A stretch of 64,000 nt of DNA from Bacillales bacterium UBA4855 (GCA_002399785.1 DHEH01000010.1:68106-132105); one strand, 5' to 3'. Shown: positions 1-10,691, numbered from the stretch's first letter. A program made the numbers and translations. Notes: generated by a model from the letters alone, not told the origin.

Positions 1-42
1 GTTTATATAAAAAAACTAATCAAAATATAATACAATAAGTGC

Positions 43-1005
43 ATGGCAATTTTATTGTATGGCAATCAACAAATGATGATTAAAAATCAGTTAAAAAAAC
101 TGATTAAAGAACAATTTTCAAACGAAAATGAAAGGAATGTTGTTCGTTTTGATGCTTTAGAAACTAATGTTGAAGAAGTGGTAAATGAATGTTGCCAATT
201 CAGTTTAGAATTTGCAAAAAAGATGGTTATTTTAGATAATGCACAATATTTTAGCAATTCGAGGACGAAAGCAAAAATCAATATTTCAAACAAATTCGAT
301 ATCTTATTGAATTATTTAAAAAATGAAAATCCAGATTGTTTATTAGTTATCATAGTTAATTCATCGACTATTGCTTTAAAAAATGAAATAGTTAGTTTTA
401 TTAGCAAAAATGGAAAAATAACTGAATTAAAGGATTTAACAAAAGATGATTGGCCAATTTATGTTAAAAAATATTTTATGCTTAAAAATATTGAAATAGA
501 CAATGATGCCGTCAATGAAATTGTGTTAAGATCGAACAATGATTTAAATGTATTCATTAATGAAGCTACAAAATTAATATTATATAAAAACAATAAAATA
601 ACATTAAAAGACGTAAAAACTTTAATGATGGCACCTTTAGAAGAAAATTCTTTCGAAATACTTAATAATTTGCTTTTAAACAACAAAGAAAATGCTCTTA
701 AAATATATCGTGATTTATCACTATATAATGTCGAGCCAATTTCTTTAATAGCTTTAATTTCGACTTCATTAATATTTTATGATGAAGTGTATATATTGGA
801 AAAACAAGGTCTTTCTGGAGATACTATAAGTTCAAAATTAAATGCAAATCCTTATAGAGTCAGAATGACACTAAAAACATTAAGAAATGTATCATATAAA
901 AGAATTAGAAAAGCATTAGATGATCTTTACGAACTTGATAGATCGATTAAGCACAGTGAAGTGAATCGTTTCTATAACTTCGAAACATTTTTATTAAACT
1001 TCTAG
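43..1005 (+). CDS. holA: DNA polymerase III delta subunit
   Basis: 320 aa. Position upstream of convergent rpsT matches B. subtilis holA(yqeN)-rpsT. Delta-subunit-like sequence. Confidence 0.65.
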   Translation: MAILLYGNQQMMIKNQLKKLIKEQFSNENERNVVRFDALETNVEEVVNECCQFSLEFAKKMVILDNAQYFSNSRTKAKINISNKFDILLNYLKNENPDCLLVIIVNSSTIALKNEIVSFISKNGKITELKDLTKDDWPIYVKKYFMLKNIEIDNDAVNEIVLRSNNDLNVFINEATKLILYKNNKITLKDVKTLMMAPLEENSFEILNNLLLNNKENALKIYRDLSLYNVEPISLIALISTSLIFYDEVYILEKQGLSGDTISSKLNANPYRVRMTLKTLRNVSYKRIRKALDDLYELDRSIKHSEVNRFYNFETFLLNF

Positions 1006-1012
1006 AAAACAA

Positions 1013-1040
1013 AAAACCTCCAAAAATGGAGGTTTTATAA
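1013..1040. terminator. Bidirectional rho-independent terminator (holA / rpsT convergent)
   Basis: AAAACCTCC-AAAAAT-GGAGGTTTT hairpin with an A-run on one side and a T-run on the other. Confidence 0.8.
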
Positions 1041-1057
1041 ATACCAATAAAATATAA

Positions 1058-1324
1058 TTACTTGCTTAAAGTATTAACAAGATTTTGAAGATTTGATTTT
1101 TGTCTTGCAGCTGTTGCGTGTTTTTGAATACCTTTGACAACTGATCTATCAATGACACTAAAAGCTAAAGTTAACTTCTCTTGAGCTAATTTTTGATCTT
1201 TGGCATCAACAGCGACTCTAACGGCCTTAGCAGCACTTCTTAATTTTGATTTATAAGAAATATTTCTAACTCTGGCTTTCTCGCTTGTGATAATTCTCTT
1301 CTTTTGTTGTTTAATGTTTGCCAT
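1058..1324 (-). CDS. rpsT: 30S ribosomal protein S20
   Basis: 88 aa, MANIKQQKKR...; basic with the typical S20 N-terminus. Confidence 0.9.
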   Translation of the reverse strand: MANIKQQKKRIITSEKARVRNISYKSKLRSAAKAVRVAVDAKDQKLAQEKLTLAFSVIDRSVVKGIQKHATAARQKSNLQNLVNTLSK

Positions 1325-1451
1325 AAATTCTACCTCTTTCGATACGGTTATAATAATACCATAAATAGCATATTCAATTCAAATAGAAAATATAGGCAAA
1401 AACTGTAACTTGATATCGAAAAAAGGCTATATTTGAATTATAATAAACAAA

Positions 1452-2387
1452 ATGGAAATCAAGAAACTTAAAATAGTGTATTTTGGTACACCAGACATCT
1501 CGGCCAAGGTATTAGAACATCTTATTGAAGATGGATTTAATATTGTTGGTTTAGTAACTCAAATCGATAAACCACAAGGAAGAAAAAATATTATTACGCC
1601 TACACCAACTAAAATTGTAGCAATGAAACACGGAATTAATGTTTATCAACCTGTAAAAATTAGAAACGATTTTAATTTTTTGAAAGAAATTAATCCTGAT
1701 ATAATATTAACTTTAGCATATGGTCAATTAATACCTCATGAAGTGTTGGAATTGCCAAAATTAGGCGCTTTTAATCTTCATGGTTCAATATTGCCAAACT
1801 ATAGGGGTGCAAGTCCAATTCAATATAGTTTATTGAATGGTGACACAGAAACAGGTGTTACATTGATGGAAATGGTTGATAAAATGGATGCTGGTAAAAT
1901 GTATTACGTTTCTAAAGTTGAAATATCTTTAAACGATAACTATAGTTCACTAAAAGATAAAATAAGTGATGCTGCTTATGATGCCTTCATCAACGGAATT
2001 CAAGACGTTGTCGATGGAAAAAATAAAGGAAACGAGCAAGATGAAAATCTTGCAACATTTACTGCAAAAATAAATAAAGAAGACGAAATAATCAATTTTA
2101 ATTCTGATAATATAACTCTTTTTAATAAGATTAGGGCACTTTCATATGAACCAGGAATGTATTTTGTCTTTAATAATGAAAAAATTAAAATATTAAAAAC
2201 CCATATAGTTGATAGCAACGGAAAACCTGGTGAAATAATCGAATATTCAAAAAATGGATTCATTATTGCTACCTTAAATGGCGCTTTATCAGTTGACGAA
2301 ATTCAAAAGCCCGGGAAAAAAGTTATGACATTTAAAGATTTTTATAACGGGAATCAACATTTATTTGAAATTGGACAAATAATATAA
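1452..2387 (+). CDS. fmt: Methionyl-tRNA formyltransferase
   Basis: 311 aa; formyltransferase motifs (IVYFGTPD, NLHGSILPNYRGASPIQ). Confidence 0.85.
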   Translation: MEIKKLKIVYFGTPDISAKVLEHLIEDGFNIVGLVTQIDKPQGRKNIITPTPTKIVAMKHGINVYQPVKIRNDFNFLKEINPDIILTLAYGQLIPHEVLELPKLGAFNLHGSILPNYRGASPIQYSLLNGDTETGVTLMEMVDKMDAGKMYYVSKVEISLNDNYSSLKDKISDAAYDAFINGIQDVVDGKNKGNEQDENLATFTAKINKEDEIINFNSDNITLFNKIRALSYEPGMYFVFNNEKIKILKTHIVDSNGKPGEIIEYSKNGFIIATLNGALSVDEIQKPGKKVMTFKDFYNGNQHLFEIGQII

Positions 2388-2388
2388 A

Positions 2389-4740
2389 ATGATTCAATTG
2401 AAGCTTAGTGTTCACGAAATTGTAGATTTTTTATTACGAAAAGGTGATATAGATAATCGTGTTTTCAATACTTCAAGCATGCTTGAAGGAACGAAAATTC
2501 ATAAATACTATCAATTAAGGCAAGGAAACGACTATAGAAGCGAAGTTCCTTTGTCTATTAATATTTATTTAGATAATTATGAATTTAATATATATGGGCG
2601 TGCAGATGGTATCAGCACAAGCGGAATTCCTACAATTGATGAAATAAAAACTGCAAATATCGATTTAGAAACTTTTTATTTGCAATATAACGAATGGCAT
2701 TTAGGACAAGCTGAATTTTATGCATATATGTATGCTAGACAAAATTCTTTAAATAATATTAATATTTCTTTAACATATTTAAGTCAAACAAACAAAGATA
2801 GTTTAAAAAAATATTTTTCTTATTCAATTACCGATCTAGAAAATAAAATTTTTGGATATTTAAGAAGTTATATTTCTTATAAGTCTATTTTTGAAAGAAG
2901 GCATGATACAAGAAATAAATCATTAGATAGATTATGTTTTCCTTATAAAACAATAAGAAAAGGTCAAAGTGAATTAATTGATGCAACTAAATATTCGGTT
3001 AATAATCACGAAACTTATTTTATAGAAGCAAGTACTGGAATAGGTAAAACTATTTCAACTTTATATGGCGCACTAGACTCGGTTAAAAGCAACGATATAG
3101 ACAAAATATTTTACTTAACTGCTAAAAATAGCGGTTTTGTAAACTGTTTAAAAGCTATGAATGATCTGAAAAAGAAAGAATTGAATTTTATAACTATTCA
3201 AATTTCTGCTAGAGAAAAAATGTGTTTAAATCGTAAAAAAATTGGAAAATGTAACCCTGACGATTGTCCTTATACCAGAGATTATTTTTCAAAAATTAAA
3301 GATATAATCGTGGAATCTATTGATAAATATGATATTTTTGATAATAAAAGACTCATAAGTATTGGTAAAGAGAATATGGTTTGTCCATTTGAATTCAGTT
3401 TAGATTTATCAATGTTTAGTGATGTAATTCTATGTGATTATAATTATGTATTTAGTCCAATTGCCATGTTACAAAGATACTTTGAAACTCCAGATAAGCA
3501 ATATAACATGGTTTTATTAATCGATGAAGCTCATAACCTCATTAATCGATCCAGAGATATGTATAGTGCAAATTTATCCATTAATACATTTATAAAGGCA
3601 AAACCTGATTTGGATAATATTAGACTTAAATCTTTAAAAAATAGAATTCAAAAAATTTATTCGTATATTAACGAATTAAAGGATTTTGATTTTGGCTCTG
3701 AAAACAATGTATCAGTAGAAACTTTTAACATAGATTTTATAGATCAATTAACAAAATTTGACAAAGAAATCAAAACTTACAAAAATAAACATAAAAGATT
3801 TAAAAGTGATACAGTCGATGATTTAACTCGCGAAATTTATAAATTTATCGTTATTAATGAATACTATAAAGCGAATCCAGAAAAATATAGTTTATATGTA
3901 GCAAAAACCTTTGATGACGTTATTTTAAAAACTTTTTGTCTCGATTCTAGCCAATATATTAATGATATGGTTTATAAATTTAAGGGATCTGTTTGTTTTA
4001 GCGCAACATTATCCCCTCTTTATTATTATAAAAAAATTCTTTTTGGGAGAGATAATTTTAAAGATTTAATTATTCCTTCTCCTTTTCCAAAGGATAATTT
4101 TAAAGTGTTAGTAAATAATTCTGTTTCGTTATTATATAAAGATAGAAATAAATCCATCGGAGAAATAACGAATGAAATTGATGTCTTTATTAAAGGCAAA
4201 ATGGGCAATTATATTGTTTTTTGTCCCTCATTTGAATATCTAGATATGCTAGAAAGATCTTATTTAAAATCTAATTTTAATTGTATTTTTCAAAAAAGAT
4301 ATATGGATTTTTCTGAAAAAGAAAATTTCTTAAATTCTTTTAAAGAAAATCCTGACGAAACCTTTGTTGGTTTTTGTGTCCTAGGCGGAATTTTTAGTGA
4401 AGGAATAGATTTAGTTGGTTCTAGATTAATAGGAACTGTAGTGATTGGTATAGGTTTGCCAATGCTATCTTTTGAAAATAACCTACTTAAAACATATTAC
4501 GATTCAATCGGACTTAACGGATTTGAATATGCTTACTCAAATGTTGGAGTTAATAAAGTTATGCAAGCTGTTGGACGATTAATTAGAACACCTCAAGATA
4601 AAGGCGTAGTTTTGCTTTTAGATTATCGATATAGTTATAAAAATTTTAAAGAACTTTTTGAAAATTCATGGAGCAATTATTCGATTGTTAAAAATTGTGA
4701 TGATATTCAAAATTGTTTGAAATCGTTTTATAATAATTAA
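2389..4740 (+). CDS. RecB-family PD-(D/E)xK nuclease fused to an XPD/DinG-type Fe-S helicase (superfamily 2)
   Basis: N-terminus carries nuclease motifs: H-E, GRADGI, IDEIKT, QAEFYAYMY. Helicase motif I is ASTGIGKT and DEAH box is LLIDEAHNL. Four Cys sit between motifs I and II (C-x8-C-x4-C ... VCPFE). ATG lies 1 nt after the fmt stop. Confidence 0.75.
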   Translation: MIQLKLSVHEIVDFLLRKGDIDNRVFNTSSMLEGTKIHKYYQLRQGNDYRSEVPLSINIYLDNYEFNIYGRADGISTSGIPTIDEIKTANIDLETFYLQYNEWHLGQAEFYAYMYARQNSLNNINISLTYLSQTNKDSLKKYFSYSITDLENKIFGYLRSYISYKSIFERRHDTRNKSLDRLCFPYKTIRKGQSELIDATKYSVNNHETYFIEASTGIGKTISTLYGALDSVKSNDIDKIFYLTAKNSGFVNCLKAMNDLKKKELNFITIQISAREKMCLNRKKIGKCNPDDCPYTRDYFSKIKDIIVESIDKYDIFDNKRLISIGKENMVCPFEFSLDLSMFSDVILCDYNYVFSPIAMLQRYFETPDKQYNMVLLIDEAHNLINRSRDMYSANLSINTFIKAKPDLDNIRLKSLKNRIQKIYSYINELKDFDFGSENNVSVETFNIDFIDQLTKFDKEIKTYKNKHKRFKSDTVDDLTREIYKFIVINEYYKANPEKYSLYVAKTFDDVILKTFCLDSSQYINDMVYKFKGSVCFSATLSPLYYYKKILFGRDNFKDLIIPSPFPKDNFKVLVNNSVSLLYKDRNKSIGEITNEIDVFIKGKMGNYIVFCPSFEYLDMLERSYLKSNFNCIFQKRYMDFSEKENFLNSFKENPDETFVGFCVLGGIFSEGIDLVGSRLIGTVVIGIGLPMLSFENNLLKTYYDSIGLNGFEYAYSNVGVNKVMQAVGRLIRTPQDKGVVLLLDYRYSYKNFKELFENSWSNYSIVKNCDDIQNCLKSFYNN

Positions 4741-4779
4741 CGAAAAATAATTAATTAACTGATATAATGCATTAGAAAT

Positions 4780-6591
4780 ATGAATTACGATAAAACAAAG
4801 ATTAGAAATTTTAGCATTATTGCTCATATAGACCACGGAAAATCAACATTAGCTGATCGTATTTTAGAATTAACAAATACAATTGAAAAAAGAAATATTA
4901 GTCAACAAATGTTAGATGATAATCCTATTGAAAAAGAAAGAGGAATTACAATTAAGTTGAATGCTGTTACTGTTCAATATAAAGCTGATGATGGTAACAC
5001 ATATATTTTTAATCTCATCGATACTCCAGGGCATGTCGATTTTACTTATGAAGTTAGTAGATCACTAGCTGCATGTGAGGGTGCTCTTTTAGTTGTCGAC
5101 GCCACTCAAGGCGTTCAAGCTCAAACTTTAGCCAATACTTACTTAGCTGTAGATAATGATTTATATATTTTACCTGTAATTAATAAAATAGATCTACCAA
5201 GTGCAATGGTGGAGATGACAAAACGTGAAATAAGTGAAAAAATTGGATTAGATGGGGAAAATGCAATTGCTGTCAGTGCCAAAACCGGAGTAAATATCAA
5301 AGAAATATTAGAACGTGTTGTTAGAGATATTCCTGCACCTAGTGGAGATAACAACAATAAACTTCAAGCTCTTATATTCGATAGTTTTTACGATTCGTAT
5401 CGTGGTGTAGTTATTTTAATACGAATTAAAGAGGGTCACATTAAATTAGGAGATTCAATTCATTTAATGCGTCATAATAAGGATTACCAAGTGACTGAGT
5501 TAGGCATTAGAACACCTAAAGAAATCAGTAAAAACGAGTTAGATTGTGGAGAAGTTGGTTACTTATGTGCTCAAATAAAAGATATTCACGATGTTCATGT
5601 TGGTGACACTATAACATTGACCGATAATCCAGCAGAAAAGCCATTACCAGGTTATAAAAAAATACAATCTATGGTTTATTGTGGAATTTATCCATCGGAT
5701 TCTAGAAAATATGGTGAATTAAAAGATGCATTAGAGAAATTATGTCTTAATGATGCAAGTTTGAAGTATGAAACTGAAACAAGTAAAGCGTTAGGCTTTG
5801 GATTTAGATGCGGATTTCTTGGACTATTACACATGGATGTAATTCAAGAAAGACTTGAAAAAGAATACGATTTAGATCTTATTTTGACTGCTCCTAGTGT
5901 TGTTTATAAGGTTTATTTAACCGACGGAACAATAATTAATCTTGAAAATCCTGGAGACTTGCCTGATTTAACAACAATTAACCACATTGAAGAGCCATAT
6001 GTTACTGCACAAATTATGACTCCAAAAGAGTTTGTTGGTCCAATCATGAATCTTTGCCAAGAAAGAAGAGGAATATATAAAGATTTGCAATATTTCGATG
6101 AAACTCGTATGAATTTGATATACGAGATGCCTTTAAGCGAAATAATTTATAATTTTTTTGATAAATTAAAAAGTTATACCAAGGGTTACGCTTCTTTCGA
6201 TTATGAAATTTCTGAATATAAAAAATCCGATTTAGCTAAAATGGATATTCTATTAAATGGTGACGTTATTGATGCATTATGCAGCATTGTTTATAAACCA
6301 TTTGCATATAATCGTGGTTTAAAACTTGTATCAAAATTAAAAGATGTTATACCAAGACAACAATTTGAAATACCTGTTCAAGCCGCAATAAATGGTAAAA
6401 TAATCGCTAGAGCCGATATTAAAGCTGTTAGAAAAGATGTTTTAGCAAAATGTTATGGCGGAGACATAACTCGTAAGAAAAAATTATTAGAAAAACAAAA
6501 AGAAGGTAAAAAGAGGATGAAATCTATCGGATCTGTTGATGTTCCTCAAGAGGCCTTTATGAGTTTATTGTCAATTGATGATGATAAATAA
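4780..6591 (+). CDS. lepA: Elongation factor 4 (LepA)
   Basis: 603 aa; GTPase motifs AHIDHGKST and DTPGHVDF; LepA C-terminal domain. Confidence 0.95.
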   Translation: MNYDKTKIRNFSIIAHIDHGKSTLADRILELTNTIEKRNISQQMLDDNPIEKERGITIKLNAVTVQYKADDGNTYIFNLIDTPGHVDFTYEVSRSLAACEGALLVVDATQGVQAQTLANTYLAVDNDLYILPVINKIDLPSAMVEMTKREISEKIGLDGENAIAVSAKTGVNIKEILERVVRDIPAPSGDNNNKLQALIFDSFYDSYRGVVILIRIKEGHIKLGDSIHLMRHNKDYQVTELGIRTPKEISKNELDCGEVGYLCAQIKDIHDVHVGDTITLTDNPAEKPLPGYKKIQSMVYCGIYPSDSRKYGELKDALEKLCLNDASLKYETETSKALGFGFRCGFLGLLHMDVIQERLEKEYDLDLILTAPSVVYKVYLTDGTIINLENPGDLPDLTTINHIEEPYVTAQIMTPKEFVGPIMNLCQERRGIYKDLQYFDETRMNLIYEMPLSEIIYNFFDKLKSYTKGYASFDYEISEYKKSDLAKMDILLNGDVIDALCSIVYKPFAYNRGLKLVSKLKDVIPRQQFEIPVQAAINGKIIARADIKAVRKDVLAKCYGGDITRKKKLLEKQKEGKKRMKSIGSVDVPQEAFMSLLSIDDDK

Positions 6592-6719
6592 AATTTTTCA
6601 AGTTAAGTAGTGGTGTAGACTAGTTAAAATTTAGTATTTTATAAGTAATAAATTAGTAATTTTGACTTTAAAATAATAAAAAAATAAATATAATATTAAT
6701 AGATAGGAAGACAAAATAT

Positions 6720-8141
6720 ATGAGTAATGATCTTGCAATTAAATTTAGCGATGAAACATACGCCACATACCAAGAAGTTGTAAATAATATGAAAACCCCA
6801 CTTATTGATAATATTTGGGCAAATATCGTTGAACATCGTTCACATTTTAATAAACAACTTAGTTTAAAACACTTAACGGGGGCAAATTTTTCCGTTTGTT
6901 ATACTCCTTACGTAACTAATAAAATAAACGAAGTTGAAAGAAAATTATTAAAATTAACCACTTCTTATTTTCAACTTTCAGCAAAAAATACAGACAAAGA
7001 ATACCAAAAATTAAGTTATATTGATATTTTGAGATCATTAGCTAATAAATATAAGTTAGCTGTTGATAATTCTGTTTTAAATCAAATTGTTACTAACCAA
7101 TTGAGTGTATTACCTCCTAATTTCATGATTTTAAATCGATATTTTAGATGTTTAAAAGAAATTGAAAACAATCCTTTAAGTGAATTAAACGATTCTGTTT
7201 TAGGTAATTTTTATAGTTTCTTAATGGGAACAGAAGAATTAAATGAATTTTATCGAACAACTGAAATCAGTGATATGGGAAGTAGAGTACTTGTTGGAAA
7301 AGTATATTTAGGTATTCCATCAACAGCCATAGGAAATGCAATGGATGATTTATTTAAGTTTATTAACTATTCAACATCAAGTTTATTTGTTAAGGCTGCT
7401 GCGAGTTTATATTACATGTATTATATAAAGCCTTTCGAAACATATAGTGAAGATTTGTCCATTTTATTATTTAAAAAAATAATTGGTTTTAATGATATTG
7501 GATCTGTTGCTTCTACTATTAATTTTGAATCTTTATTATTAAAAAGGGAAGAATTCGAAAAAAGTTTAATTGATTCTCAAAAAACTTTTGATTTAACTTA
7601 CTTTATTTTATATGTTGCTAATAAGACTTCTTCTTTAATTGATGAAGCGTTAAATAACGTTAATCAGGCAAGAAATAGCGTTATCAGTCAAGAAATGTAT
7701 CAAAAAGAAGAAGAAAAACCAACTATTGATCCAGATTTTAGTTATAAAGAAGAATCGAAAAAAGAAGAAACACTTTCACCAAAAGAGGATTCTTTACAAG
7801 AAAATCTAACCCAATATAAAACTCCAGATACAACTTCTTCTGTTAGTTATACTCAAAATATTGCAATTAGCAATGTTCCAAGCGGATTAAGTGAAGAAGA
7901 CGCTAATCGTCTAGAAAAACATTTAATCGAAATGAATCCTGCATTAAGCAGAGCACAAGCGCACTTTTATGCGCGTCACTGTACACTTGGAATGTCTTAT
8001 ACTATTTCACAATTTAAGAAAAGTTTAGGATGTGCCTACGAAACTGCAAGAAGTAGTATGGACCATCTTGTGTTTTTAGGGTATTATAAAAAAGATTCTT
8101 TGAGAAATAAATTTATTTATACACCAGTAAAGAAAAATTAA
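6720..8141 (+). CDS. Fic-fold-like protein with degenerate active-site motif and C-terminal winged-helix domain
   Basis: 473 aa. ...AAASLYYMYYIKPFETYSEDLSI aligns to the Fic core (hhhhIHPFxDGNGR) with the catalytic residues replaced. Low-complexity linker. C-terminal wHTH-like segment (ISQFKKSLGCAYETARSSMDHLVFLGYYKK). Confidence 0.4.
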   Translation: MSNDLAIKFSDETYATYQEVVNNMKTPLIDNIWANIVEHRSHFNKQLSLKHLTGANFSVCYTPYVTNKINEVERKLLKLTTSYFQLSAKNTDKEYQKLSYIDILRSLANKYKLAVDNSVLNQIVTNQLSVLPPNFMILNRYFRCLKEIENNPLSELNDSVLGNFYSFLMGTEELNEFYRTTEISDMGSRVLVGKVYLGIPSTAIGNAMDDLFKFINYSTSSLFVKAAASLYYMYYIKPFETYSEDLSILLFKKIIGFNDIGSVASTINFESLLLKREEFEKSLIDSQKTFDLTYFILYVANKTSSLIDEALNNVNQARNSVISQEMYQKEEEKPTIDPDFSYKEESKKEETLSPKEDSLQENLTQYKTPDTTSSVSYTQNIAISNVPSGLSEEDANRLEKHLIEMNPALSRAQAHFYARHCTLGMSYTISQFKKSLGCAYETARSSMDHLVFLGYYKKDSLRNKFIYTPVKKN

Positions 8142-8156
8142 TAAGGAGCTATAGTT

Positions 8157-8429
8157 ATGAATTTAGATATTGTATTTGCATCAAGTTTTCCAAGTTGGGC
8201 CATCTTTTTAGTAGTTATTTTGCTTGCAGCCGTAATTGGTGTCATTGCATTCGCTATTCACTTAATTATTAAAAAAAGAAAGCCTGAAGAAAAAAAAGAA
8301 AGTGAAGAAAAAATAGCTCAAGATAATGTTGATCGTTTTGTCGAAGATGTTTCTGATGAAGAAACCAAAAAAGAATTCGAAAAATACGTTAAAGAGCACG
8401 AGGAAGATGAAAAAAAAGACAATAAATAG
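8157..8429 (+). CDS. Small membrane protein (one TM helix, charged Lys/Glu-rich C-terminal tail)
   Basis: 90 aa; strong RBS AAGGAG 8 nt upstream; hydrophobic helix followed by KKRKPEEKKESEEK... Confidence 0.5.
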   Translation: MNLDIVFASSFPSWAIFLVVILLAAVIGVIAFAIHLIIKKRKPEEKKESEEKIAQDNVDRFVEDVSDEETKKEFEKYVKEHEEDEKKDNK

Positions 8430-9504
8430 TTTATATATTCATATTCCTTTTTGCTCGTCAATTTGTAGTTATTGCGCATTTTATAAAATTTTAGATAAAA
8501 TAACGACTGAAAATGCATATATAGATCAATTAATAGAAGATATTGAAAAAACTAAAAATAATTTCAATCCTTTTAAAACAATTTATATTGGTGGTGGAAC
8601 TCCAAGTTCTTTGAGTGTCGAAAACTTAAATAAGATTTTATTTGCACTCAATACATTAATTGATAAAGATTGTGAATTCACTATCGAAGCTAATCCTGAA
8701 TCAATTACTGAAGAAAAATTAATTTTGTTTAGAAAATATGGTATTAATCGAATTTCTATCGGATTAGAATCTTTTGATTCAAAATATTTAAAACTAATGA
8801 ACAGAGATTATAAAATTAATTATTTTAATTTGATAAAAACTATAAAAAAGCATTTTGATAACATAAACGTTGATCTAATTTATGGATTACCTAACGAAAC
8901 TGAAGATGATTTAAACGATGAGATTGCTAATTTTTTAAAATTAGATGTGCCTCATATTTCTTTATATTCACTAGAGATTCATAAAGGAACGTCCTTATAT
9001 ATTAAAGGATATAAAGAAGAAAACGGAGACACTTTAAGAAATCAATATGATTTAATTCTTTCTAAACTTAGAAATAATGGTTACGAAAGATATGAAGTTA
9101 GTAATTTTGCAAAACATGGTTACGAAAGCCAACATAATCTTAATTATTGGCACGACAATGAATATTTATCACTAGGAGTTGGTGGTAGCGGCTATATAAA
9201 TAATATTAGATATAAAATTAATCCTCCAATTAATGATTATTTATTAGGTAAACGCAATATTGTTAAAGAAACTGTTACTATAAGCGACAATAAAGAATAT
9301 TACTTACTTACCAATCTTCGATTAAAAGATGGTTTTTCCCTTAAAGAATATGAAAAAAAATTCAATTCAAGCATTCTTTTTGATAAAAAAATCGAGATAG
9401 AACAATATATTAATGTAGGGTTATTAAAAATTGAAGATAATCGACTTAAAGTTACTGATAATGGTATGTATATTTTAGATTCAATTTTAGTAGATTTGAT
9501 TTAA
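8407..9504 (+). CDS. hemW: Radical SAM heme chaperone HemW (HemN-like)
   Basis: CxxxCxxC (CSSICSYC) radical SAM motif. Start placed at the internal ATG behind GAGGAAG; the track ORF begins further upstream. Position lepA-hemN-hrcA as in B. subtilis. Confidence 0.8.
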   Translation: MKKKTINSLYIHIPFCSSICSYCAFYKILDKITTENAYIDQLIEDIEKTKNNFNPFKTIYIGGGTPSSLSVENLNKILFALNTLIDKDCEFTIEANPESITEEKLILFRKYGINRISIGLESFDSKYLKLMNRDYKINYFNLIKTIKKHFDNINVDLIYGLPNETEDDLNDEIANFLKLDVPHISLYSLEIHKGTSLYIKGYKEENGDTLRNQYDLILSKLRNNGYERYEVSNFAKHGYESQHNLNYWHDNEYLSLGVGGSGYINNIRYKINPPINDYLLGKRNIVKETVTISDNKEYYLLTNLRLKDGFSLKEYEKKFNSSILFDKKIEIEQYINVGLLKIEDNRLKVTDNGMYILDSILVDLI

Positions 9505-9577
9505 AGTAATAAATTTAATAATTTTTTAAATAAAATATTATCGATTGATTCGATATAATAATCACCTATTTAAAAAA

Positions 9578-9604
9578 TTAGCACTTTTATCTTGACAGTG
9601 CTAA
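9578..9604. promoter_or_regulatory. CIRCE operator (HrcA binding site) overlapping the -35 element
   Basis: TTAGCACTT-N9-CAGTGCTAA versus consensus TTAGCACTC-N9-GAGTGCTAA. TTGACA at 9592-9597 and TATAAT at 9614-9619. Confidence 0.85.
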
Positions 9605-9623
9605 TTATGGTTATATAATATAT

Positions 9624-9650
9624 TTAGCATTTGAAGTAAAGAGTGCTAGA
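9624..9650. promoter_or_regulatory. Second, degenerate CIRCE-like inverted repeat
   Basis: TTAGCATTT-N8/9-GAGTGCTAG immediately upstream of the hrcA RBS. Confidence 0.55.
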
Positions 9651-9662
9651 AAGGTGGTTAAT

Positions 9663-10680
9663 ATGTCTTTAAAAAGAAGTGAAATTATCCTCAAGTATAT
9701 TGTTGAAGATTATATCAAAACAAATGAGCCTGTCGGTAGTGAAAACCTAATTAAGGTACATAAATTACCATATTCTAGTGCAACCATCAGAAATGATATG
9801 GTTAATCTTGAAAAAAATGGCTTGATAGAGAAAACACATACGAGTAGCGGAAGAATTCCTTCACTTGAAGGTTATCGATACTATATTCGTAAGTTAAGAA
9901 GTGAAAAAGTTGATAAGTCTATACGTTATGAAGTAGATAAATTGTTTGATTCAAGCAAGTCGATTGAAGACTTGATGAGTGAAAGTTGTTTGCTTCTGTC
10001 TCATATGACGAATTTAGCTTGCTGCTTCTTAGCGCCATCAATTATCGAAGAAAGAGTAGCGAAGATTGAAGTTATCCCCCTTAACGAAAATCATTTCAGC
10101 TTCATCTTTCTTACCGATAAGGGCTTCCTAGAAAATAAAACGTTCGTTATTAATAAAAACGAATCAATTAAAGATCTAGTCAAAGCAATGAATATGTTTA
10201 ATAACGAATTAGTCGGGACTCATTTGTATGAATTGTTTCAAAAAATTAAAGATGTTAGAGGTAAATTAGGAAAATATAACAATTATTATCCTTATATGAA
10301 TCAATTATTAGCTTCTGTTATAAAAGATTTTGTAATTAGAAGAAATGGTCAATTCTATGGAAAAAATAATTTACTTCAACAACCAGAATTTAAAGACAAC
10401 ATCGAAGATATTAAAAAGATTGTGGATTTATTATCTAATCCATATCAAATAGGGGAAATGTTTAAAGGTTCAAGTGAGATTGCTATCTCAATTGGCGCAA
10501 ACAATATTCCAGATATTACGGTAATTGCTAAAGATATTAAATCTCCAGTTACTGGTGATGATCTAGGAAGAATTGCTATCGTTGGGCCAACAAGAATGGA
10601 TTACGATAAGGTACTTGAATATCTAAATTATGTTAGTGATATGTTGGTCAGTCACTTAATGGACTTAAAGGAGAATGATT

Positions 10681-10691
<11 letters not shown>
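9663..10691 (+). CDS. hrcA: Heat-inducible transcription repressor HrcA
   Basis: HrcA-like sequence preceded by CIRCE. ATG at 9663 follows RBS AAGGTGG; the track ORF starts at a GTG 9 nt upstream. Confidence 0.9.

Noticed and set aside
6601-6719. Possible small RNA or tRNA-like sequence (ggtgtagactagtt…) upstream of the Fic-like gene.
   Set aside because: No cloverleaf can be drawn. The region contains only short imperfect direct repeats (AATTTAGTATTTT / AATTAGTAATTTT), consistent with a promoter or operator region.
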